DNA of 64,000 nucleotides, taken from assembly GCA_903880015.1 (NCBI GenBank), contig CAIRNS010000029.1, positions 5,378-69,377 of the forward strand, read 5' to 3'. This DNA is from an uncultured Elusimicrobia bacterium. Its GTDB lineage: Bacteria; Elusimicrobiota; Endomicrobiia; Endomicrobiales; CAIRNS01. Positions 18,393-27,863 of this stretch are shown here, piece by piece. Numbering within the stretch: position 1 is the first letter of the stretch; each line of letters begins with the position of its first letter. Below the pieces are notes generated by a model. The model did no database searches. It saw only the letters and a list, made by a program, of their open reading frames with translations, and was not told the origin of the DNA. A program made the position numbers and the translations under genes.

Positions 18393-18857
18393 CTATTCGA
18401 CCAATTTCAGACCCATTTCTTTTAACGATTTCTTGGAAACACGAAGAACGACAACACAGCCATCGTCGGCAGTCCATTCAGTCCGGGTAACCTGAGCGCC
18501 TTTAATGGCTGCGTCAATCTTTGTCGCAATCAGTGAATCGGTCTCGATTGCTTTCTCAACAGTGATTCCACCCTCAAGCTTTACGCCTTTTATGAGCGAC
18601 AACATATTGTATTGCGCATTAACTATCGATGAGTTGCGTGAAGTCGCCATTTTCTGTGTTTTGTTAGCCAATGACTGGTCGGCTGCGCCTATGCCGCGGG
18701 CAAATACATAATGATCCGTTATTCCCTGTTCTACCCATTCGCGTTGTATCTCGCCTTCTTTTGAAACTGTCCCACGATCAGGGGCAGTAGCACAGCCAAA
18801 ACCGAACACCGCAACAGCCGCGAGAATAACCATGCTGCTTTTCTTGAACATGTTCAT
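18393..18857 (-). CDS. LPP20/FlgP-like lipoprotein
   Basis: Lipobox FGFGC; ARGIG...Q....A..N.....AQ.N+...IKGV....G.TV and IDAAIKGAQV pattern of the LPP20 family. Confidence 0.7.
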   Translation of the reverse strand: MNMFKKSSMVILAAVAVFGFGCATAPDRGTVSKEGEIQREWVEQGITDHYVFARGIGAADQSLANKTQKMATSRNSSIVNAQYNMLSLIKGVKLEGGITVEKAIETDSLIATKIDAAIKGAQVTRTEWTADDGCVVVLRVSKKSLKEMGLKLVE

Positions 18858-18884
18858 ACACTCCCCCTTATTGTTTGTGTATCG

Positions 18885-20813
18885 TCACATCTTAAATAGA
18901 TTCTTTACGGCATCACCCGCCTGCTTCTTAAGGTCTTCGGCGGCTTTATTCTTTTCCTGATTGACGCGGTCCTTCATTTCATTTTCGCGGGAGGATGCCT
19001 GCGATTTTGCAGCATCTACCTGAGCCTGCAAACCATTCTGCTTCCCCGTTAACTGACCAAGCAGTTCATCCCGCTTCGCGGAAAATTGCCCCAGCAGTTC
19101 CTGCTTTTTTTGTTCAGTAAGCTTATCGATTTCAGCACGCACGCGGCTTTGCGCTTCAGCCATCTTATCGCCAAATAGCTTTTGAAGGCGGTCAGAAAGC
19201 AACTTGTCTATGTTTGACGACACCGACATAGAAAGATTGTCCATGGTTCCGCTCGTTTTCGCCGTTACCTGGATTTTGGGAATACCATCCCAAAGTTTGG
19301 CAAGGGTTGCGTGCAATTCATCAACAGCAGTCGATGAACGAACCAAAGAAAATTGAGATATCGTTAAATCCATAGTACAGTCAATCGTGTCGTTTTGCAG
19401 CATGAAGCGCGCATTGACTTCGGCAGTCCCAGACTCAAAAGGCGGCAAATACTCAGAGCTCGGGATACCCAAGTCCGCCGGATTCATGCCGGCATAATTA
19501 ACTGTAATAGTGTCTTGCGGAACCGCAATACAATGATTAAACAACGCTTCGAGAGCCAATTTCTTCCCAGCCTGCGTTCCATGCAGCTTTGCAACCAATG
19601 GTCTACCCAGCAGGACGGGATCAGAAGTAATGTCAGTGACAGTCCCGGTAAAAGCAAGTGGTTCCCCTTGTTTACCCGTACCGCCGGTTGTGCCGTTCAT
19701 GGCCATCATGGCTATAAGAAAATCTGGAGGATTATAGGCGGTTGGAAAACTGACATCCGTGCCACGCTGGCGTTTGCGTACGATTTTCGTATCATCCTTC
19801 TTTCGCGGCGGCATATATTTCTGAACCAGATGCATATAATACATCGCTGATTGTACACGGTTGACCCACAGTGGGCCGAACAGCGATTGCGACACATTGC
19901 CTACGGAAAGCGAAGGAAGTTTAAGCTTTGATGAAACTGATCTCCAATCGCTGTCTTTAAGTGCATTAATCTTGACAATCATATCCTTCTGGTCGCCGAA
20001 ATCAGCCGTTAGTCGGGTTTTCATCGTGGCAATGTCGCTCACGGTTTTCTCAGTATCTTCTTTAACCTGCTTTAACTGAGCAAGTTTTGCTTTTGCTGCG
20101 GCTATGTCTTCGACAGAATTAACCTTAATTTTTGAAACATCATCAATCGCTGCCCGCAGTGCAGCACTCTTTTGATCGACATTAATGGCACCGATAGATG
20201 TCTGATACTGCGCATATTTGTCCTGGACACCCTTCTGCAGGGTATCCATCTCTTTAATTGATGAAAGGTCCGCAGCAGATATAAGTTTTTCAGGGGAAAA
20301 ATTCTTCAGCATGCCCTGCGCTGAAGTAATGGCTGCGACAGAAGGCAGTCCGGAAACTTCCTTCGAACCTTTTTCCTTAATTGCATTAAAAAGCTTATAA
20401 CTTATGCTGTTCTTGTTTTCTTTAGCGGCGTTTTTCTCAAGTGCAGCTATTTTTTTAGGCGGCAAAGCACCCGACACATCGCGCCGCGTACCCCACGAAA
20501 TACCCGTGACGGACATTTCATTGATAATAAGCTTTTTTGACAGTAACGGCAGGGGCTTCATGCTGAATTGGACCCGTTCAAAGGCAAAGAGGTTCTTCCA
20601 AACATCACTTTTGTCGGCAATAGTCAGCCCGGATATAGAAATTGATAAATCCCGCATCCGTGTTTTAACCGATGCCACTTCGACTTTCGCGCCAAAAACA
20701 CCTTCACCCGATGAAATAAGTGCATGTTTGAGTATGCTGTCTAAAAAGAAAAAAGTGCCCGCAACCACGGCGACAATAATTAAACCGACAGGAATGACGA
20801 ATTTCCATCGCAT
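18885..20813 (-). CDS. TIGR03545 family protein (AsmA-like membrane-anchored protein)
   Basis: MRWK..+ TM anchor, FGAKVEV, GT.R..SGALP, R.RGTDV.FP and SSNIDKLL; helical ends; paired with TIGR03546. Confidence 0.8.
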   Translation of the reverse strand: MRWKFVIPVGLIIVAVVAGTFFFLDSILKHALISSGEGVFGAKVEVASVKTRMRDLSISISGLTIADKSDVWKNLFAFERVQFSMKPLPLLSKKLIINEMSVTGISWGTRRDVSGALPPKKIAALEKNAAKENKNSISYKLFNAIKEKGSKEVSGLPSVAAITSAQGMLKNFSPEKLISAADLSSIKEMDTLQKGVQDKYAQYQTSIGAINVDQKSAALRAAIDDVSKIKVNSVEDIAAAKAKLAQLKQVKEDTEKTVSDIATMKTRLTADFGDQKDMIVKINALKDSDWRSVSSKLKLPSLSVGNVSQSLFGPLWVNRVQSAMYYMHLVQKYMPPRKKDDTKIVRKRQRGTDVSFPTAYNPPDFLIAMMAMNGTTGGTGKQGEPLAFTGTVTDITSDPVLLGRPLVAKLHGTQAGKKLALEALFNHCIAVPQDTITVNYAGMNPADLGIPSSEYLPPFESGTAEVNARFMLQNDTIDCTMDLTISQFSLVRSSTAVDELHATLAKLWDGIPKIQVTAKTSGTMDNLSMSVSSNIDKLLSDRLQKLFGDKMAEAQSRVRAEIDKLTEQKKQELLGQFSAKRDELLGQLTGKQNGLQAQVDAAKSQASSRENEMKDRVNQEKNKAAEDLKKQAGDAVKNLFKM

Positions 20814-20827
20814 AATGTTACTCCGTT

Positions 20828-21343
20828 TTATTGATTGTATTTGTCATACAGGTTGAGTGAAGAAGAAAGCTTGAAAACTTTCATGATCTTCCATTGTTCG
20901 ACTTTCGAGGCAAGATTCGCGCGATAGTATACGATAAACCAGCGCATTCCCAGAAAAACGGGAACACACAGAATCAGTGCAATACAAAAACTGCCGAGCA
21001 CAACAGTGTTATTGAAACGGGTAAATGCAATAAGCGGCAGATTATAGAGATGCGCCCAGACAGGCGTCAATCCGGTTGAGGTGACTAACAGGAAATACCC
21101 TATACGGTCAGCCAGCGGATCAGCGAAATAACCAATGACAGAAAAAAGGGTCGCCATAAGCGCGGCTGAACCTATATTGACATTGAGTAAAAGAATCACC
21201 AGCACCATCCCAGCGGTAAGCAGGTTTTTCGCGGGCAAAATACCAATCATCATGCCCAGCATACATCCGCCGGCGATTTGATTGGGTGAAATTTTTGAAT
21301 GGAGCGTCGTCATTATGCTCTTAAGGATTTTTAACCAAAACAT
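20828..21343 (-). CDS. TIGR03546 (DUF2062) family membrane protein
   Basis: SPNQIAGG..LG...G..P, LYNLPL..FTRFNNTVVLGS and YR. Confidence 0.85.
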   Translation of the reverse strand: MFWLKILKSIMTTLHSKISPNQIAGGCMLGMMIGILPAKNLLTAGMVLVILLLNVNIGSAALMATLFSVIGYFADPLADRIGYFLLVTSTGLTPVWAHLYNLPLIAFTRFNNTVVLGSFCIALILCVPVFLGMRWFIVYYRANLASKVEQWKIMKVFKLSSSLNLYDKYNQ

Positions 21344-21981
21344 ACCGCCTCCATAAGTTCCTGTGGATGCTCCACAAACAGATCAGGATGTAATTGTATC
21401 AAACTATCATATTCCCCATATCCATAGCCGACAGCAATTGAATGAACACCTGCGGACTGAGCGCACAGCACATCATTTACCCCGTCGCCTATAAGAACGG
21501 TCTTATTCGGAGCAACGCCTAATTTTGACATCATCGCTATAAGAGCGTCCGGGGCAGGTTTTCGTATGTTCATAGTATCACTTCCCCACACCAGCGCGAA
21601 ATCATCAAATATGCCAAGTCCTTTAAGAATAACTCGTGAGTGAACTTCCTGCTTATTAGTCAACACTGCCATTGTACCATGCCGGCAACCGCTAATCACC
21701 GTCGATATCCCCGGATACAGAACAGTTGCATCGAGCAAATGGGTTGAATAGTATTCAAGGAACAATTGTAAACCGTGCTGTCGTTGAGTGACTGATACAT
21801 TCGGCAACACTAACGCCATAAGCGCCTTGACACCGTTGCCGATAAACGAACGCATCTCCTTCAACGACAACAGCGGAAGGGTATATATGGTACGGACATG
21901 ATTTGCCGCAGTCGTCAAATCCTGCAAAGAATCTATGAGCGTTCCGTCAAGATCAAATACAATTAAATCAAACCGCGTCAT
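21331..21981 (-). CDS. HAD-family phosphatase (phosphoglycolate phosphatase-like)
   Basis: FDLDGTLIDS, LTNK, KPAP and IGDGVND; TAATG coupling to the glgP stop. Confidence 0.9.
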   Translation of the reverse strand: MTRFDLIVFDLDGTLIDSLQDLTTAANHVRTIYTLPLLSLKEMRSFIGNGVKALMALVLPNVSVTQRQHGLQLFLEYYSTHLLDATVLYPGISTVISGCRHGTMAVLTNKQEVHSRVILKGLGIFDDFALVWGSDTMNIRKPAPDALIAMMSKLGVAPNKTVLIGDGVNDVLCAQSAGVHSIAVGYGYGEYDSLIQLHPDLFVEHPQELMEAVCFG

Positions 21982-24575
21982 TATTGCCAAGTAATCAATC
22001 CGGGAATATACAACTCTTTCCCGTCTCTGAACGGCAGGACACGAACGACATACCCGCATGAACCGACCCGCGCAGCCGTCACAACAGCTTCATACTGATA
22101 TGTGCCGTTGTCATTGGTTCCGACAAGTTTTGTGGGAGTTACGAAGGTTGCACTCAAACGGTGCTTTGAGTCGATATATCCCGCGTATACCTGCACACAG
22201 ACATCTTCCGGCTTCAAAGAACCAAGATCGATCTTTGCGTTAACTTTAAATGTCCCGCCAAGCGGGATATCATCGGTAAGATCATCACCCGTTGTAACGA
22301 TTTTGACGAGCGGCCAGTTAGCGGTCAATTTCTTTGTCCACTCGGCAAGGCGTTTTACCGGAGAATAGTTATCCTGCGACAAAACACCTGTCTGAGCACT
22401 TGCCGGCATATAAAACTTCCGTGTATATTCTTCTATCATCCGAGTCGAATTAAAGGCAGGACATATCGTCTGCATTGCAATCTTCATCTTGTGTATCCAC
22501 TGCCGAGGCAAACCATCTTGGCCTCGTAGATAATACAGCGGGACAATATCTTTTTCAAGAATATCATAAATCGCCTTGCTTTCTATCTCATCTTGATATT
22601 CCTGATCAGCATATTCCTCGCCGGAACCAATAATCCACCCGTTGAGCCCGTTATATCCCTCGCACCACCATCCGTCAAGGATACTCAGATTCAGCACGCC
22701 GTTGACCGCCGCTTTCATGCCGCTCGTGCCCGATGCTTCTGCGGGCCGGCGAGGATTGTTCAGCCAGATGTCCGTTCCCTGAACCAAATAATGAGCAACC
22801 GTCATATCATAATCTTCAATAAACACTATTTTATGACGCAAATCGTAATCTTTGACGATGTGAATAATAGTTTTGATGACTTCTTTGCCGACATTGTCCT
22901 GGGGATGCGCTTTACCGGCGATTATCAATTGTACCGGCCGGTCTTTCTGCGTCAATATTTTCTTGAGCCGGTCCATATCGCGAAACAAAAGATTTCCCCG
23001 CTTATAGCCCGCAAAGCGGCGCGAAAAACCAATAGTAAGCGCCTCGGGATCAAGCACTTCTTCGGCCATATTGATTTCATACGGGGATTCGCCACGGCGA
23101 ATCAGTTGAACCTTCAAGCGCTGACGCGCAAACGACACCAGGCGTTCGCGACGGCGTTCATGACTGCGCCATAACTCCGCGTCAGGGATGTCCCCCACCC
23201 GCTGCCAAATGGTCAAATCAGCAGGGTCATCTTTCCAAACCTGCCCGATATAGCGGTCAAATAACCCGGCCATCTCGTAAGAAATCCATGTGTTGGCGTG
23301 AATCCCGTTAGTAATTGAAGTAATCGGTATGTCGCTGCGCGGCACATTAGGCCAAATGCTCTGCCACATCCCGCGAGAAATGGTCCCGTGCAGGCGACTG
23401 ACACCATTGGCAAAACCGGTAAAACGAAGCGCAAGAACGGTCATTGAAAAATTGCTTTTGAGGTCAGAGGGCGTTTCCCGTCCCAGCGCAAGTAACGTTT
23501 CGGCTGTTAACCCCATTTTTTTGTACAGAGGTAAAATATATTTTTCTATAAGCTCAGGGGAAAAAACCTCGTTGCCGGCAGGCACCGGAGTATGCGTTGT
23601 AAAAACGCACGACGCCTTCACGAGCTCTTTGGCTTCATTAAATGAAAACCCTTTCTCCTCCATATGCATCCGGATGCGCTCAAAAAGTAAAAAAGCGGAG
23701 TGACCTTCATTAATATGGATAACGCTCGGATTGTATCCAAGCACTTTCAACGCCCGCATACCGCCAATCCCGAGAACAGTCTCCTGGCGAAGGCGCATCT
23801 CGCGGTCACCGCCGTAAAGCTGTGAAGTGATTTCCCGATCTTCAGGGCGATTACCATCGATATCAGTATCAAGCAAATAGAGTTTGACTCGTCCTACCTG
23901 AACTTTCCAAATCTGCGCCCAGACCTTGCCGCCGGGATGTTCCACACATATCTGCAGGGGCATGCCTTTTTCATCTTTTACCAACTGCATAGGCATTTTA
24001 AAAAAATGATTCTCGACATATTCTTCCTGCTGCCATCCGTCAAAGTTAAGATATTGTTTGAAATAACCATACCGATAGAGAAGTCCGACACCAACAAGGG
24101 GCAAGCCCATGTCGCTGGCCGATTTGAGATGATCGCCAGAAAGAATCCCCAAGCCACCTGAGTAGATTGGCAAACATTCGCTGATCCCGAATTCAGTTGA
24201 AAAATAGGCAATTGATGATCCGTTTTGATCGGGAAATTCCCTTGAAAACCAAGTCGGCATTTCTAAATAGCGTTTTAATCCGCCAGCTATGCGCTCCAGC
24301 TGAGTTACGAAACTATCATCTTTGGAAAGTTCCTGTAACCGCGTCTGGTCAATAGATCCCAATAACCGCACGGGATTATGATAGGTCTCTTCCCACAAAG
24401 CACGGTCCATGCGACGAAAAAGCTCCACCGCATCGCTGGTCCAGACCCACCAAAGGTTATACGCAATATCCAGAAGAGGGGTTAGATTCTCGGGTAAAGA
24501 AGGCACAACGACATACGATGTTGAGTTTGCAGCTACATATTTCTCCGCGTCTAAATTAAATGGGTCCTTTTGCAT
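21981..24575 (-). CDS. glgP: Alpha-glucan (glycogen) phosphorylase
   Basis: AYNLWWVW, YSGGLGILSGDHLKSASD, HINEGH, RRFAGYKR and EASGTSGMKAAVNG (PLP lysine). Confidence 0.96.
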   Translation of the reverse strand: MQKDPFNLDAEKYVAANSTSYVVVPSLPENLTPLLDIAYNLWWVWTSDAVELFRRMDRALWEETYHNPVRLLGSIDQTRLQELSKDDSFVTQLERIAGGLKRYLEMPTWFSREFPDQNGSSIAYFSTEFGISECLPIYSGGLGILSGDHLKSASDMGLPLVGVGLLYRYGYFKQYLNFDGWQQEEYVENHFFKMPMQLVKDEKGMPLQICVEHPGGKVWAQIWKVQVGRVKLYLLDTDIDGNRPEDREITSQLYGGDREMRLRQETVLGIGGMRALKVLGYNPSVIHINEGHSAFLLFERIRMHMEEKGFSFNEAKELVKASCVFTTHTPVPAGNEVFSPELIEKYILPLYKKMGLTAETLLALGRETPSDLKSNFSMTVLALRFTGFANGVSRLHGTISRGMWQSIWPNVPRSDIPITSITNGIHANTWISYEMAGLFDRYIGQVWKDDPADLTIWQRVGDIPDAELWRSHERRRERLVSFARQRLKVQLIRRGESPYEINMAEEVLDPEALTIGFSRRFAGYKRGNLLFRDMDRLKKILTQKDRPVQLIIAGKAHPQDNVGKEVIKTIIHIVKDYDLRHKIVFIEDYDMTVAHYLVQGTDIWLNNPRRPAEASGTSGMKAAVNGVLNLSILDGWWCEGYNGLNGWIIGSGEEYADQEYQDEIESKAIYDILEKDIVPLYYLRGQDGLPRQWIHKMKIAMQTICPAFNSTRMIEEYTRKFYMPASAQTGVLSQDNYSPVKRLAEWTKKLTANWPLVKIVTTGDDLTDDIPLGGTFKVNAKIDLGSLKPEDVCVQVYAGYIDSKHRLSATFVTPTKLVGTNDNGTYQYEAVVTAARVGSCGYVVRVLPFRDGKELYIPGLITWQ

Positions 24576-24589
24576 TAGATGTCCCTTTC

Positions 24590-25876
24590 CTATTCCAATA
24601 TACCTTTGATTTTATCCTGATTAAATCCGCCGCCGGAATCTTTGAGCGCATCAAACATAAAATAACGCACATGAATTTTCTTGCCGGGAACTATATCTTG
24701 CAGCATCTTTGTCCAATAATCGAGTATTTCCGTATTGTATTCTTTTTTAGGCACACAAAATATGACACTGACATCTTTGATATTTTCCCACGGTATACCG
24801 GCGATAACTGAGTCCTTCGTGCCAGCACTTGCAAATGAATTCTTTACTTCATCAATAAGGGTCTTATCCTGAACACCACTCAATTCATACGATCCGGCTG
24901 GATCATTTTTCCCGTCACCGATAATAATATAGCGAAGCTCGATACCGATGTCTCGGTCAAACGCACCCCATGCACTGACAAGATTCTGAACTTCCATGAA
25001 GCTACGCCGGAAAAATGTACCATAATCAGTGCCGGCATGAAACACACGCCACCCGGCAGACAAACTTTGATTTACCAAGCGATTGATCGTTTCATTGAGC
25101 TCCGCCGCCGAAGGCAACGTTGCCGTAGAACTACTCGTTCCCACTAAAAAAAATAAATTTGAATTAAGATGAGGGATTGATCCGTACAAACCCATTTTTA
25201 CTATATCGGGATTAAGCGGCTCCTTGTTTGCCTCTTCAATGCCGGCAACAAACATAGTAACAAGCTGGGTTACATCGGCTTGCAGTTGACGTACTTTCTC
25301 GGGTTGATCGGGCACCGTCACTTCAACGGAGAACTTATCCAACCCCATTTTAGCCCTAACGATGCAGCGTTTGATCTGCTGAACACTCTGAGGATTAAGA
25401 GAGTCATCAAATTTTTCCGGAACTGTGGTACGCTCATAATCAAATTTTGTGAGCGATACAGCTAGCAAATTTAAATTCGCATGAACTTCGTCAGCCATGG
25501 ACAGCATCGCACGTGGTCGTGAAACCCCGTTGGCAAGAGCGACAATGACATCGGTAACATTGTCTAGAGCCCGACGCATCCCTTCTCTGTCGAACTGTTT
25601 TACAAAATCTCCGCTGACTCGTTTTGTCCTGACGACAAATGTCTTTTCGTCACTGACAATATTAATTTTATTAACACAATCTCTCAGATCACTAACCACT
25701 TCAAGTGCCTGCTCCCGAGAAATAGATGCCGCCTTTTTCTGAGTGACCATGGCACTGTGCCAGAAAGAACGACTTGCATCAACACCAATGATGTATACAC
25801 GCGGCGATTCAGGCGCCCTGCCGCCGCACGCAGTCAACAACAACACGATTCCGGCAAAAATACGTATACGCCTCAT
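24590..25876 (-). CDS. Lipoprotein with split vWA (MIDAS) domain and helical insert
   Basis: Lipobox LLTAC; IIGVDASRS (DxSxS), GTDY and IIIGDGKND MIDAS elements separated by a long helical segment. Confidence 0.65.
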   Translation of the reverse strand: MRRIRIFAGIVLLLTACGGRAPESPRVYIIGVDASRSFWHSAMVTQKKAASISREQALEVVSDLRDCVNKINIVSDEKTFVVRTKRVSGDFVKQFDREGMRRALDNVTDVIVALANGVSRPRAMLSMADEVHANLNLLAVSLTKFDYERTTVPEKFDDSLNPQSVQQIKRCIVRAKMGLDKFSVEVTVPDQPEKVRQLQADVTQLVTMFVAGIEEANKEPLNPDIVKMGLYGSIPHLNSNLFFLVGTSSSTATLPSAAELNETINRLVNQSLSAGWRVFHAGTDYGTFFRRSFMEVQNLVSAWGAFDRDIGIELRYIIIGDGKNDPAGSYELSGVQDKTLIDEVKNSFASAGTKDSVIAGIPWENIKDVSVIFCVPKKEYNTEILDYWTKMLQDIVPGKKIHVRYFMFDALKDSGGGFNQDKIKGILE

Positions 25877-27183
25877 TATACCGCTCCTGATTTTTGATCA
25901 GAATTATCCTGACCATTTGTTCTGTTTTCACCTACGGGACTTTCGAGCGCCGGAACATCATTGAACCTGCGGCCGGGCACAAATTTTCCCCAAAAAATTA
26001 TTGCATTGTGCAGGAATTGCGATTGGAATCCATTAGTACTGAAAACAATCATCGGCACAAAAACGAACAATACAAATAATCCGGTATAAATGCCGGTTAG
26101 TGGCAGTTTTGAAGCGACTGCCAAAGTATAGTACGCATATCCCGCGCCGATAACGGTGATAAAACTTTCCAAAAACATGGAAAAAACCATAATCTCGTTA
26201 ATTTTACGCTCGTTGCGTATAGTGCGGCATTCGTTTCGCAAACGGACAAAAAATATGCCCAGAATCGGACCGTAGAAATACGCAATGGCAGATTTGTACA
26301 TCAACACAGGGAAATTATATGTTTCCCGACGACGGGCATCTGCGGTGGCAAGAATATAACTGCCAATTGTTGTTACAAAAGGAACGAAAGCGACAATGGG
26401 CACCAGTATAAGGTCGAGATACACTTTTATCTTTACCGGGAACCAGAATATCAATTGCTTAAGGCCCTCATCTGCGGCGATGAACGGAAGAAGTCCTTTG
26501 TGAAAGAGCGGCAAAAATCCCACATAAATGAGACAGACCTCCATAAAAAATAGTATCAAAAATCCGGATGTAAAAAATAAGGCGGGAACCAATATGCTGT
26601 AAATAAATTTCCATAAAAGAACAAAAGTTTTTACCAGCACCATAAAGGGATACACGACAAGGATATACGCCGATATCTGAAATGTGTTCGCTGACGAAAA
26701 AGGAAGAAAAAGAACAAATAAGAGCACTTGCAGTACAAACTGAGTTGTGTTAGACCAGTTAGCGCTAAACAAATGCGGATAATATGAGCGCATGACATCC
26801 AACGCCAAAATAAAATATTTCATCAAAAAAGGGAATATGAGGAAATAGGAAACAATAAGAATAATAGGGAAACGAAACAACAAATCGCTGATACGATCGA
26901 TGAAAGGCGCTGGGTCGGGATAATGTTCGTCTTTTGCCGTGCGAAACTGTTTGAGCAACTCGCCATCTTTATCTTTGGCAATCTTGGGATAATATTTTTT
27001 ATAATTTAGTTTAAGGGATGATTTTGGAAATAGGAAGTAAAGAACACTGTCAACCGTCTCAAAGAGAGCTAAACGCACCATGCCCATCGCTATAAGAATT
27101 ATACTGATAACACAGAGACCAATAATCAACAGATCAAGACCTGTTACAACTAATTTGAATCCGGGCATAGACAAGCTCCTCAT
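25876..27183 (-). CDS. Multi-pass integral membrane protein, unknown function
   Basis: 435 aa with about 9-10 hydrophobic segments; TAATG coupling to the vWA lipoprotein; TTGACT-17 nt-TAGCAT promoter upstream. Confidence 0.75.
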   Translation of the reverse strand: MRSLSMPGFKLVVTGLDLLIIGLCVISIILIAMGMVRLALFETVDSVLYFLFPKSSLKLNYKKYYPKIAKDKDGELLKQFRTAKDEHYPDPAPFIDRISDLLFRFPIILIVSYFLIFPFLMKYFILALDVMRSYYPHLFSANWSNTTQFVLQVLLFVLFLPFSSANTFQISAYILVVYPFMVLVKTFVLLWKFIYSILVPALFFTSGFLILFFMEVCLIYVGFLPLFHKGLLPFIAADEGLKQLIFWFPVKIKVYLDLILVPIVAFVPFVTTIGSYILATADARRRETYNFPVLMYKSAIAYFYGPILGIFFVRLRNECRTIRNERKINEIMVFSMFLESFITVIGAGYAYYTLAVASKLPLTGIYTGLFVLFVFVPMIVFSTNGFQSQFLHNAIIFWGKFVPGRRFNDVPALESPVGENRTNGQDNSDQKSGAV

Positions 27184-27242
27184 GGATCAAATATATATAA
27201 TATTAGACCTTTTAATGCTATCAAAATTTAAAAATATAGTCA

Positions 27243-27275
27243 ATAAAAAAACCGCTCATTTCTGAACGGTTTTAT
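27243..27275. terminator. Probable terminator after tRNA-Gly
   Basis: A-run, ACCG/CGGT imperfect stem, T-run. Confidence 0.5.
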
Positions 27276-27311
27276 TCAACAAAATATAAATTAATCTATT
27301 TGTATACTATA

Positions 27312-27383
27312 AGCGGGAGATGGGGCTTGAACCCACGACCTTCTCGTTGGCAACGAGACGTTCTACCACTGAACTACTCCCGC
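27312..27383 (-). tRNA. tRNA-Gly(GCC)
   Basis: GCGGGAG acceptor stem; anticodon arm TCTCG-TTGCCAA-CGAGA; T-loop GTTCAAG; CCA not encoded. Confidence 0.96.
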
Positions 27384-27415
27384 AGAAAACCGATAATGTA
27401 CTATAAAAATATGTA

Positions 27416-27497
27416 TGCTTGGGGCGGGACTTGAACCCGCATCCCGTTAGGGACACGCCCCTCAAACGTGCGCGTATGCCAATTCCGCCACCCAAGC
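27416..27497 (-). tRNA. tRNA-Leu(GAG)
   Basis: GCTTGGG acceptor stem; anticodon arm CACGT-TTGAGGG-GCGTG; long variable arm; CCA not encoded; typical position after secG. Confidence 0.96.
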
Positions 27498-27517
27498 ACT
27501 GAACTCTGATACTAAAT

Positions 27518-27823
27518 CTATTTTGGCAGAGGAACGCTCGGAGGGGTCACCGGAATATACGGTATCTGGCTCGTCACAGAACGCGTTGAAAGCCGCGAAC
27601 TGACTATGGTCATAACGAGAGAAGAAGCCATAAAAACGATTGCCATAGCTACGGTGACTTTTTTAATAAAAGCCAACCCTGACGGCGCACTAAACAACTG
27701 ATCCGACCCGCCGCCACTGCCAAAAAGCCCGGATATGCCCGAACCTTTTCCGGCCTGCAACAGCACAATGAGAATCAGTGAAACACACGCAATAAGATGG
27801 ATAATGAGAAGAATTGTTTGCAT
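27518..27823 (-). CDS. secG: Preprotein translocase subunit SecG
   Basis: LILIVLLQAGKGSG..GLFG motif; two TM segments. Confidence 0.95.
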   Translation of the reverse strand: MQTILLIIHLIACVSLILIVLLQAGKGSGISGLFGSGGGSDQLFSAPSGLAFIKKVTVAMAIVFMASSLVMTIVSSRLSTRSVTSQIPYIPVTPPSVPLPK

Positions 27824-27829
27824 TTTATT

Positions 27830-27858
27830 ATTATATCACATTTACCTATTGAAATCAA
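27830..27858 (-). promoter_or_regulatory. secG promoter (apparently leaderless)
   Basis: TTGATT-17 nt-(TG)nTATAAT, 6 nt before ATG; no SD. Confidence 0.7.
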
Positions 27859-27863
27859 ACTAT

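Noticed and set aside
10358-27497. Three of four tRNAs lack an encoded CCA (possible pseudo-tRNAs)
   Set aside because: The cloverleaves are intact, and post-transcriptional CCA addition is common in bacteria.
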